Part shown: one piece after another, positions 24,706 through 34,336 of the stretch
Layout: the number at the start of each line of letters is the position of its first letter
Position numbering within the stretch: position 1 is the stretch's first letter
Assembly (NCBI RefSeq): GCF_001194135.2
Contig: NC_068998.1
Coordinates: forward strand, 24,873,016 to 24,907,351
Reading direction: 5' to 3'
Length of the DNA stretch: 34,336 bases
Source of the DNA: Octopus bimaculoides
Taxonomy: Eukaryota
Made by a program: the position numbers and the translations under genes
The notes under the pieces: model-generated
Told to the model about the DNA's origin: nothing
The model's database searches: none
Seen by the model: only the letters and a program-made list of their open reading frames with translations

Positions 24706-24842
24706 TACACACAGCCACACACACACATACACACAGCCACACACGTCCATTTCCTTTGATGTTTGATATTATAGGTATGTATGTTTGTGTATGTGTGTGT
24801 ATGCGTGCGTGTTTGCGCGCGTGTGTTTGTGTGCATGCGTGC
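24240..24842. repeat. Compound microsatellite block (TG, GA, GATA, TC, CA) containing a long inverted repeat
   Basis: Seen directly; 24316-24372 matches the reverse complement of 24590-24646 at 50 of 57 positions. Confidence 0.9.
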
Positions 24843-27116
24843 TCAATATACACTCTTATGCAGAAAGGCAGTGAGCAGATAAATAAAAATGATGAAGTTG
24901 CAGGATATGACAGAGGAAGATACACCAGTACTAATGAGGAGGTTTTGGGTGTATCTTCAATTTTACCCTTCAGGAGAGGCACCCAACCATCATTCATCTG
25001 AGTGTTCGTCTAGAGAATGGCCACAGGGTTATCTTTACAAAACAAACTGCTTGTAACAAGCACTTTCTCCAGAAGAAACTACCCTTATTGCCTTTTTTTA
25101 AAGTTATGTCAAGTAGATGAAGATGCAAGAAAACTCCCTTACCCATAATTACCCAAGTATTACACCTGGAAAAACAATAAATGGTGCAAGAGGAAACGTG
25201 GTGCTGACACCCTTGCAAGAGTTTACAGCGTCCACCCAAGCCAAGCAGAATGCTACTACTTACGACTCTTTTAGTATGAAGGACGTGGTCCCAAATTATT
25301 GCAAGATTTGAGGAGAGTAAGTGGTTGTGTGTGTGAAACTTATAAGGAAGTATGCTATCAACATAGTTTTTTAGAACATGATGAGCATTGAGACCTTGCA
25401 TTGACTGAAGCATCAGTATCAGATTCTCCAAGGAAACTAAGTAACCTTTTTTGCAATTATACTGAATATGTGTGAACGTGGCAGTCCCCTACAGCTTTAG
25501 ATGAAACATCGTGAGGACATGGCTGAGGACTGAAATTATGCAGGCAAACCCCAAAATCAATATTAAGTTCTGTGAACTTAATATTGTCCTTTTTAACCAA
25601 ACACTGATTGAAATTGTGAATTAAGGTTTGTCCATGGGAGGCAAAAAATTGCATTTTTTTATCTCGACTGTGAAAAATAGATTCTTAAATTAGTGATTTA
25701 TCTTCAAGAGACATAACAAGAGAGACAAATTATGACATCACAGAGTTGGCTGCATTTGCGAATGAACATGAACCTAAATTTCATCCAGAACAACGCTGTG
25801 CGTATGATAGATTTATTTCATCAGTCAGAGAAAAATGCAGAGGAATTTTCTCTCTTGATGCTCCTGGGGACACTTTTGTAACAACATTGCTTCTCTCCAA
25901 GGTAAGGCGACAAAAAGGAATTGCAGTTGCTGTAGCATCGTCATCGTCTGGAATTGCTGCTACCCGTCTCCCAGGAGGACGAACAGCTCATTCTGCTTTT
26001 AAATTACCGTTAAATCTGGTCACAAATAACAGTTCAATTTGTAACATAAGCAAAGGTTCAAGTTCAGCAAAAGTGTTGCGCCAATGCCACTTGATCATTT
26101 GGGATGAATACACCATGTCACATAGAGGTGCAAGGAATCTCTGTATCAAACTTCACAGGACATAAGAGCCAACAATAAATCTATCGGGGGAGTTACATAA
26201 GTTTTAACAGGAGACTTCAGAGAGGCATTACCAGTCATTCCAAAAGCATGCATTAAGTCTTCACACTTATGGAATANNNNNNNNNNNNNNNNNNNNNNNN
26301 NNNNNNNNNNNNNNNNNNNNNNNNNNNNNNNNNNNNNNNNNNNNNNNNNNNNNNNNNNNNNNNNNNNNNNNNNNNNNNNNNNNNNNNNNNNNNNNNNNNN
26401 NNNNNNNNNNTCCAATCAAGAAATGGCAAAGTACCATTTGATGGGAATGGTGATTTCAATTTGGCTCATATTGCTATCATCGTGAATTCCACAGCTGAAT
26501 TGAAGAACAGGATATTTCTAGACTTAAGTAATAATTATAATTCACATAAATGGTTGTGTGAAAAGGCAATTCTTGCTAAAAATGAGACAGTAGCAAGGAT
26601 TAGCCATGAATTAGCTGATTCAGTCCTTGATGAAAATCAAGCTGTCTATTACCGAAGAGAATTCCTTAATTCTCTTGAGCCACATGAAATTCCTCCACAT
26701 AAATTTTTTCTTAAGGTGGGAGTCCTAATAATACTTCTAAGTAACTTAGATCTTCTTAAATTATGCAATGGGACAAGGTTGATTGTGAAGGCATAATCAC
26801 CTAATGTGATAGAGGTTACCATCATCACTGGATGTGCCCCTGGGAAAGAAGTTTTCCAGGACTTCAAATCAAACCAAAAGATGTGCCATTTGAGTTCACA
26901 TGAACTCAATTCTTAGAGCAAATTTGCTTTGCAATGTCTATTAATAAAACTCAAGTTCAGAATTTGAAATCTACTGACTTGCACGTAACTGAGCCTTGCT
27001 TTTCTCATGGTCAACATTATGCTATTTGCTCCGGGATTGGTAGTTTGCAAGTCTTATTTGTCTATACTCCATACCAGAAAACAAAGAATGTTGTTTACCC
27101 AGAAGCTCTTAGGTAA
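24843..27116 (+). mobile_element. Helitron Rep/PIF1-helicase pseudogene, 5'-truncated, with internal gap
   Basis: Rep C-terminus: SIYTLMQKGSEQ, DEVAGYDRGRYTSTNE, ERHPTIIHLSVRLENG, ETTLIAFF. Helicase motifs: LDAPG.TF, AVASS..GIAATRLPGGRTAHSAFKLPL, IIWDEYTMSH, VLTGDFREALPVIP, LCNGTRLIV, FAMSINKTQVQ, FSHGQHY. Typical end KTKNVVYPEAL*. Many frameshifts and stops. Confidence 0.96.
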
Positions 27117-27669
27117 TTTGCTTCAACAAATGTGATAGAGTTTATTTCCCTTCATAAAAGTGGTAAATTTTGTATATTTGTTTATTATTATCATTATTAT
27201 TATTATTAGTAGTAGTGGTAGTAGTAGTATGAATTCGGAATTGATTTCCCAGTTGAAAAATAGATTGTATCCTAATTGAAGAATATATTGAATTTAAACT
27301 AACAAATTNNNNNNNNNNNNNNNNNNNNNNNNNNNNNNNNNNNNNNNNNNNNNNNNNNNNNNNNNNNNNNNNNNNNNNNNNNNNNNNNNTATATATATAT
27401 ATATTTGTGTGTGTGCGCGCGCGTTGTGTGTATGTATGTATGTATGTTCACGTAATCTCTAGCTTAATGGGTGTTGCAAAACCTCATAATGATGTCGCAG
27501 TTACTTCTAGTCTATAGCTCAGCATCGTACTTCAAAACGGTGCGACGTGCTGTGAGGACAGTATCATTTCTAGTATGATCAGTTGCAAGTGATTTGTTTT
27601 AGCAAGATATGGGGAAGTGCTAGAATAATAGTTATAAATATTGACTTGCATAAATTTACTTTTATCTGT

Positions 27670-27905
27670 CTTATTTCTTTTATTGCCCACAAGGGGCTAA
27701 ACATAGAGGGGACAAACAAGGACAGACAAAGGGATTAAGTCGATTACATCGACCCCAGTGCGTAACTGACACTTAATTTATCGACCCAGAAAAGATGAAA
27801 GGTAAAGTCGACCTAGGCGGAATTTGAAATCAGAACGTAACGGCAGACGAAATACCGCTAAGCATTTCGCCCGGTGTGTTAACGTTTCTGCCAGCTCGCC
27901 GCCTT
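27670..27905 (-). mobile_element. tRNA-derived SINE, family A, tail type 2, best-preserved copy
   Basis: Reverse complement: aaggcggcgagctggcagaaacgttaacacaccgggcgaaatgcttagcggtatttcg...gttctgatttcaaattccgcctaggtcgactttacctttcatcttttctgggtcgataaattaag...gtaatcgacttaatccctttgtctgtccttgtttgtcccctctatgtttagccccttgtgggcaataaaagaaataa. Confidence 0.93.
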
Positions 27906-28214
27906 ATAATTTACATTTATTCTTCTGTTCTGTTAATAACATCAGAGATCTCGGATAACTGGTTCAGTTTGACACTAAGATCAAGTATTATCCTATCCAG
28001 AATAAATTTGCCAATCCTGTCAATATCGGATCTAAATGGACACATCAGGCAAGCGGATGGTTAGCGATAAAGCTGTTCTTGCGATCCTTTAGGTTGAAAC
28101 GTGGGACTCCAGGCACAAAAACACCAGTCCATTCCTCAAAACCACGGTCGAAAACGATACTTACATTGTGGCAGAAACAAGAGTGCTTTTTCACTATTTA
28201 GATTCCTACATTTA

Positions 28215-28245
28215 CACACGTGAACACACGCACGCACGCACACGC

Positions 28246-28297
<52 letters not shown>

Positions 28298-28342
28298 ATA
28301 CAAATACACACAACCACACACATACACACACGCACACACACG
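28215..28342. repeat. (CA)n compound microsatellite
   Basis: Seen directly. Confidence 0.96.
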
Positions 28343-28682
28343 GAGAGTAATAGTAAGTAACAGCATTGTTAGAAATACGAGTCAAAACAACTCTTAGCCA
28401 AGTGAGAGCAATATTCTAACCACTGACAAAAGAGACAGGCTGATTTCAGATTTAGTTAATCTTCACCAGTGACCCATTACCCTGTCGCCCAGGGTTAAGG
28501 CACCTAAGTCAACTCGTCAGCCTTATAGAGAATACCATAGGAAACATCGATAGATTTCGAAAATGGTGAAGTGAGAATCATAAACTATTAAGGTGGGTAT
28601 TCGCAATTTAGAACCGGAAGGCACCAAGTATAGTCGTCACAAAAGTGACGGAGGGTATGAGTAAGCAGCAGCATTGGTAGAA

Positions 28683-28725
<43 letters not shown>

Positions 28726-28822
28726 TGTACGTACACAGACAGACAGACAGGCAGACAGACATACAGAAAGAGAGAGAGACAGACAGACAGAAAGAGAGAC
28801 AGACAGACAGATAGATAGATAT

Positions 28823-28853
<31 letters not shown>

Positions 28854-28870
28854 CTTAGATAGATATGTAC
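28683..28870. repeat. Compound (TG)n-(GACA)n-(GATA)n microsatellite
   Basis: Seen directly. Confidence 0.96.
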
Positions 28871-29001
28871 GTATACTTTTATTTGTGTGAGCATGTGTTA
28901 TTTCTTGTAGATAGCTACAGATAAAATCATATGAAAAGGTTATGTTTCTTTGTTATAAGCTTCCTTGTTGAGATACACCTGAAAACAAAGACAAATGATG
29001 T

Positions 29002-29858
29002 AATGTGGCAACTGTAAATTTGACAGTTTGCATAAAGGGAAAAGAAAACACGATATCACGTCCAAAATTAAAAGTATTTTTTAAAACATTACAAAATATC
29101 AACAAAATTATTGGTGGAAGACAACAACTTACTGAAAATAGCCACCCTCAGCTTTTACCTCGGCCTCAAGATGGCTCCAGAATCTGGCTTATACGGTTCT
29201 CACTATGTCCTCGGGAGGATCTTCGAACACTTCCTTGATCTTGTCTAACAGCTTGATCTTGGTAATGGACGCAGAGTGGTTGGTATCTTTGCGCTACACA
29301 TGGTAATTCATGGGATTACAATCAGAGGAATTAGGAGGCCAAAAATTAGGCCTAGAGAAGTCATAAAAATCCTTCGACACCTATTACTGACTCTCTTCGG
29401 AGGTGTGGCAAGGAGCTGAATTTTGCTACCACATATGGTCTTCCAGCAGCAATCCGCTTCAGCTTGGGTTTGACTATAGTATCCAGCAACTTAACAATGC
29501 CGCCTGAATTGAGCCTAGAACCTTGTTCAAAGATGTGACAATGAGCGCTGGTGTGCGGAGGCAATCAGAACGCCCTTCCTGTTGGCCTCTGTTTCATAGT
29601 CTCTGTTGCAGCTGTCCATGTCACGTCTTACGTAGCTGCAGTCAAGATGTCGGCATTTTGATACCAGACGCGAATCGTCATATTACAGGTAACACTTTCC
29701 TAATATTCAGATGACTTCCAGACGTCAATGCCAGCTAACTTTTTCTCGACTACAAATTTTCTTTTTATGTTCTCCAAAACTGTTGTATGTTTACCAATAC
29801 ATGAAGCTGTTCCTGAAAATGGGAGACAAAAATCTTCAAATTTAGCCCGACCATTCTG
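29002..29858 (-). mobile_element. Internally deleted Tc1/mariner element of the DD37D (maT)-like type
   Basis: Minus strand: HIFEQGSRLNSGGIVKLLDTIVKP...AAGRPYV, frameshift, QNSAPCHTSEESQ**VSKDFYDFSRPNFWPPNSSDCNPMNY...KAEGGYFQ* (stop at 29131-29129). There are 37 residues between the D2 and D3 positions (29422 and 29308), both now Asn. The right end ...ctg|ta is at 29858; the left end is approximate. Confidence 0.82.
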
Positions 29859-30084
29859 TAATTATGTATAATTTGCAATGAAAACTGTTGTGACTTTCCT
29901 CAAATTCCTGCAGAAAATTGCATGTATTTTTTCAAATTAACTAACGGAAATGAACTGCTGTAGTTGTTATATGAACAAATATTACGTTGTTAAAACGAAC
30001 AAATGTTTGTGTAAAGTGAATGAGTTATAAGTTCAATAAAAACAGGGACGTTATTTTGACCTGTTCATTATGCATAAAAAAATC

Positions 30085-30243
30085 CACACGTATCTTTATA
30101 TATTTGTGAGTGTATGTGGGTGTATGCATTTATACATATATATGTACACTTACAACTACGTACATGGTTACATATACATACATAAATACATACACACACA
30201 CACGCACATATATACATATATATGATTGTATGTATGTATGTAA

Positions 30244-30275
<32 letters not shown>

Positions 30276-30336
30276 GTATTATATAAAGACACATGTACAT
30301 ATAAATACATATGTGTGTGTGTATTAATGTATATAT

Positions 30337-30369
<33 letters not shown>
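30085..30369. repeat. Compound TA/CA/TATG microsatellite tract at gap edge
   Basis: Seen directly. Confidence 0.95.
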
Positions 30370-31026
30370 NNNNNNNNNNNNNNNNNNNNNNNNNNNNNNN
30401 NNNNNNNNNNNNNNNNNNNNNNNNNNNNNNNNNNNNNNNNNNNNNNNNNNNNNNNNNNNNNNNNNNNNNNNNNNNNNNNNNNNNNNNNNNNNNNNNNNNN
30501 NNNNNNNNNNNNNNNNNNNNNNNNNNNNNNNNNNNNNNNNNNNNNNNNNNNNNNNNNNNNNNNNNNNNNNNNNNNNNNNNNNNNNNNNNNNNNNNNNNNN
30601 NNNNNNNNNNNNNNNNNNNNNNNNNNNNNNNNCTAGAAATCTATAGTAGTAACAAGATACAGATTAAGGAACTAAGGAAGAATAGAATTATGAAACATGA
30701 ACTAATTTCAATAGCGAATTCTGACCATTTTTCTGTGGTAGAATTTGAATTGAAGAATAAATTTCCCGTACATTATTTTTTCATTCGTTGTTTTTGCTTT
30801 AATATTCATATGTATGTTTTATACTAAATATTTCATGTTTCTTTGATTTCAATATTTAGATTTGTGGTTAACATTAACTGACAACTCAACAAGAAAGTGA
30901 TATATTTCTTTTGAACATTAACTTTCATAGCAACTCAATTCTCGTTATCTTCTCAATGTTGATTCACATAAGCACAAACACACGCAAACAATTTCTTTTA
31001 TATATGTGTATGTTTCTTCTTTTACT

Positions 31027-31235
31027 TGTTTCAGTCATTAGACTGCAGCCATGCTGGGGCACAACTCTGGATGACTTTAGTTGAAGGAATTGCCACCAGT
31101 ACTATGGTTTTAAAACCTAGTACTTATTCTATCGGCTACTTTTACCGACTCCTAAGTTAGTAGAACTTAAACACGCCAACACCGGTTGTCAAGTGGTAGT
31201 GAGAGACAAACGCAGTCACAAAGACACACACATAT
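31027..31235 (+). mobile_element. Short interspersed repeat running into a CA microsatellite
   Basis: tgtttcagtcattagactgcagccatgctgg...cctagtacttattctatcgg...ctaagtta...aaacacgccaacaccggttgtcaag...gacaaac resembles an abundant octopus repeat that I recall. No second copy in the window. Confidence 0.6.
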
Positions 31236-31257
31236 ACACACATAATCACACATATAA

Positions 31258-31305
<48 letters not shown>

Positions 31306-32469
31306 NNNNNNNNNNNNNNNNNNNNNNNNNNNNNNNNNNNNNNNNNNNNNNNNNNNNNNNNNNNNNNNNNNNNNNNNNNNNNNNNNNNNNNNNNNNNNNN
31401 NNNNNNNNNNNNNNNNNNNNNNNNNNNNNNNNNNNNNNNNNNNNNNNNNNNNNNNNNNNNNNNNNNNNNNNNNNNNNNNNNNNNNNNNNNNNNNNNNNNN
31501 NNNNNNNNNNNNNNNNNNNNNNNNNNNNNNNNNNNNNNNNNNNNNNNNNNNNNNNNNNNNNNNNNNNNNNNNNNNNNNNNNNNNNNNNNNNNNNNNNNNN
31601 NNNNNNNNNNNNNNNNNNNNNNNNNNNNNNNNNNNNNNNNNNNNNNNNNNNNNNNNNNNNNNNNNNNNNNNNNNNNNNNNNNNNNNNNNNNNNNNNNNNA
31701 TATATATAGATATATATATATATATATATGCATACATACACGCACGGACATAAACACACACATACGCATGGGCTCACGCGTTCCTCCACATATACACACA
31801 CTCACATTTATATAAGATGACATTCTGCAAGTTTCAGTTGCGAAATTTCACTCATAAGTATTAGTCAACCGAAAGAGTCTGTTGGCGTTGCTAGCCTAAA
31901 CTATATTAATCTACTACTCTTCTTCTGTGGATACTTTTGTTTGCGGAGATACTTATGGTTTTCTACAGAGAAGGCAAGTTTGTATTAGATTGTAATACAA
32001 ACAACAAAGTACCAGAATTGCAGAGGCAGATACTCTTGTCAGACAGACAATTTGTAGTGGAGATAAGTACAGAGAATGTAAAAGAGATAAAACAATGTAT
32101 GCTACAGAATAGGTTGAAGACAATTGCACCTGCCACAGATAATGACGTCACCTTAATCGATAGAGGCGGAAATATTCAAAAACAGAAGAACAGAAATGGC
32201 GAAAGAAACAAATGAATTACACAGACAACCAAATACTTCTTGATAAATAGCATTAGTGGGAAGGACAGAATAACTGGTATAGAAAGGAGCAGAGAAACGA
32301 GATTGAAAAAAAAAAAAAACATGAAAAGTAAATGTAGCAAACTTTTAAATTTTGCCCTCGGAATTGATATTCTTTAACCTGGCATTCTAATGGGGTCAGT
32401 CAGAAAATAGATCTCCTTTAAGCAGAACAAAAGGTGCCCACGCGCAAGGATAATTCCTTCCCCAGTAAC

Positions 32470-32749
32470 TGTTGTGGCAAGAGTCATGACTCCCCCTGCG
32501 AGAATAGACTTGACCGAACGACTATAAATAGTAGCGGTCTGAATGAGAGAGTGGGCATCAATCGCGGTAAGTCGTAATTGTCGATTTTGGTAGTTAGTCA
32601 GAATATCGTTTGTTGATTCTTGTATAATTCGTGGAGAGTTTCTTGGATTGTTACGTTGTTGTTATCCTGCCTCGTTATATGTTTTATTGTTACTTCACGG
32701 TCATAATGTAAACAAGTATCGCCACGCCCTAACTAATGGCGATACTACA
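32470..32749 (+). mobile_element. LTR 1 (280 bp, TG...CA) of a Gypsy-like retrotransposon
   Basis: Starts tgttgtggc and ends gatactaca. Contains TATA-like ctataaata. Direct repeat of 33176-33456. Confidence 0.85.
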
Positions 32750-32751
32750 AT

Positions 32752-33069
32752 CCAACTAAACATTTTGATGTCGGAGACAAAGTCCATTTCAAAGTATGCT
32801 AGAATAGTAAAGAGAGTTGGCAGAATGGTGTAGAGACTAAAAGAATTGGAAACATGATGTATTTAATAAAAGGCCAACGATGGGAGCATAAACGACACAT
32901 AAATCAATTGAAAACCTGACATACAGAAGAAAAGAAGGAAATTCCAATGGAAGTGTTTTACACGTTCGATGTGGTAGCACCGAAAGAGATTGAACTTGGA
33001 AGGAGCAGCAACAGAAAACGTAAACTGACTGAACATTCAGAAATAATTCCTAAGCGGAAAAGGTTCTGA
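32752..33069 (+). pseudogene. Gypsy-like integrase C-terminal fragment
   Basis: One frame, two internal stops: PTKHFDVGDKVHFKVC*NSKESWQNGVETKRIGNMMYLIKGQRWEHKRHINQLKT*...KRKRF*. Fits the F.VGD.V...W..G.V..R.G...Y......RH.NQL pattern of Ty3/Gypsy integrase tails. Confidence 0.78.
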
Positions 33070-33159
33070 ACTCCTTGGGGAAGCAAAATTTCAAAAAGGG
33101 AGAAGCGTTGGAAAGAAAGAATAAAAAATTATTTTCGTTTCGCACGGAAGTCGAAATAT

Positions 33160-33175
33160 AAAAAAAAAGGAGAGA
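33160..33175 (+). other. Polypurine tract (PPT) immediately 5' of LTR 2
   Basis: aaaaaaaaaggagaga directly abuts tgttgtggc. Confidence 0.75.
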
Positions 33176-33456
33176 TGTTGTGGCGAGAGTCACGACATCC
33201 CCTGCGAGAATAGACTTGACCGAACGACTATAAATATTAGCGGTCTGAGTGAGACAGAGAGTAGATATTAATCTCAGGAAGTTCTAGGGTGTTGTTTTTG
33301 GTAGCTTGTCGGAATATCGTTTATTGGCTCGTGTATAATTCAAGAAGAATTTACTAGATTCTTACGTTGTTGTTTACCCTGCTTCGTTATATGTTTTATT
33401 GTTATAACATGTTTATAGTATAAACAAGTATCGTCATAAACAGTGGCGATGCTACG
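33176..33456 (+). mobile_element. LTR 2 (about 281 bp) of a Gypsy-like retrotransposon
   Basis: Starts tgttgtggc and ends gatgctacg (terminal CA changed). Shares a perfect 38-bp block (cccctgcgag...ctataaata) with LTR 1 and is more diverged elsewhere. Confidence 0.85.
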
Positions 33457-33461
33457 ATAAT

Positions 33462-33471
33462 TGGCGACGAG
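33462..33471 (+). other. Putative primer-binding site (PBS)
   Basis: tggcgacgag lies 5 nt after LTR 2. The TGG start complements tRNA 3' CCA, and TGGCGACGAG is a PBS-like sequence I recall from Gypsy elements. tRNA identity not determined. Confidence 0.7.
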
Positions 33472-34336
33472 TAACTACGTTACAATAGTAACCAATGCTT
33501 CAGCACATGAATCCTTTCGCCTTGATCGTTACTTTTTCACATCCCGTAACGGACGAACAAGCACCCGCAGAAGACGCCTACGTGGTTATTTTCCTCTCAT
33601 AAGGATATTGGAAGTGTTTGACGAAGCAAAATTACTCAATGAGAGTTCCTGTGCAGATGAATATAATTATAAGATATTAAAATACAGTTATACGCGAAAC
33701 ACAGGGATGAGTTTGTTTCCAGATTATTTTGGTACAGTTGTTAAGAAGCAAATGAACCTAAACGTGTGCAAATGAAACAAAAAAAAAACAAAAACAGATA
33801 TTCCAAAATTCTGAATTAAGCAAAGAGAAATATCAAATTAGTTTAAGTGGAAAATTCAGCAAGCCACAAATAATTTCACCACCATAAAGAAGCTAGTAAA
33901 CTTTTCGTTCTTGATCTAAGCAAAATTCAACACATTGGCAAAAGTTGCTCAACCGTGATAGGCTATTTATAATATGACATTCCGAGCGTCCTACAGAGAT
34001 GTAAATAAATATATTTAATTAGTATAACACAAATTCAACAGAAAAAAAAAATCACAGACTGTAACACAAGAAAACGAAAACAAATCAACAGCGCACCATA
34101 AAGGAAACTACACACACTGAGAAACAAAACTTTAAAACATATCCATCTTCACGAAAGTAAATTTACAACAAAACAATTCATTCTACCAAAGTTTGATGAA
34201 AAAGCAAACAGTCTTAATTAGGTTAACAAGTAAGTTCAGAAAAGAAACAAAACGATAAAATAAAGCAACCACAGATAATGGAAATAAACGGTATCTTTTC
34301 CTATCTATATGGTTACACACGCATCACAAAGCGGCA

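Noticed and set aside
31937-32330. 92-aa ORF and A-rich frame as a LINE ORF1 or host exon; similar A-rich stretch at 33800-34336
   Set aside because: No recognisable domain or splice structure; left unassigned.
33461-33775. 104-aa ORF after the PBS as gag
   Set aside because: It starts at a non-ATG codon inside the PBS and has no gag motif; it is at most decayed leader/gag.
1-34336. Single-strand piRNA-cluster-like locus, given the diversity of TE classes
   Set aside because: TE fragments lie on both strands with no clear orientation bias, and this density may be ordinary for the genome; small-RNA data would be needed.
1-34336. CRISPR array or prokaryotic defence/operon system
   Set aside because: No regularly spaced repeat-spacer array and no gene-dense prokaryotic organisation; the sequence is eukaryotic repeat-rich DNA.

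Overview
AT-rich eukaryotic DNA with 10 N-gaps, many microsatellites and a dense set of decayed transposable elements. No intact host protein-coding gene, RNA gene or CRISPR array can be supported. The SINE families and microsatellite density resemble octopus/coleoid cephalopod DNA (inference from recalled repeat sequences, not a search). Supported elements: (1) a full-length but inactivated 1265-bp Tc1-like transposon with TA target-site duplication (TSD), 28-bp terminal inverted repeats (TIRs) and DD36E spacing; (2) an internally deleted DD37D/maT-like element; (3) a Helitron Rep/PIF1-helicase remnant preceded by a fold-back inverted repeat; (4) two different non-LTR 3' ends carrying a restriction-like endonuclease (RLE), one R4/NeSL-like and one HERO-like; (5) Penelope-like fragments; (6) a zinc-knuckle ORF1/gag remnant; (7) a Gypsy-like LTR-integrase tail-PPT-LTR-PBS structure; (8) two tRNA-derived SINE groups with exchangeable tails. 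Nearly all long ORFs in the supplied track are artefacts of N-runs or microsatellites. I found no convincing new multi-gene system; the best leads are unusual transposon architectures.
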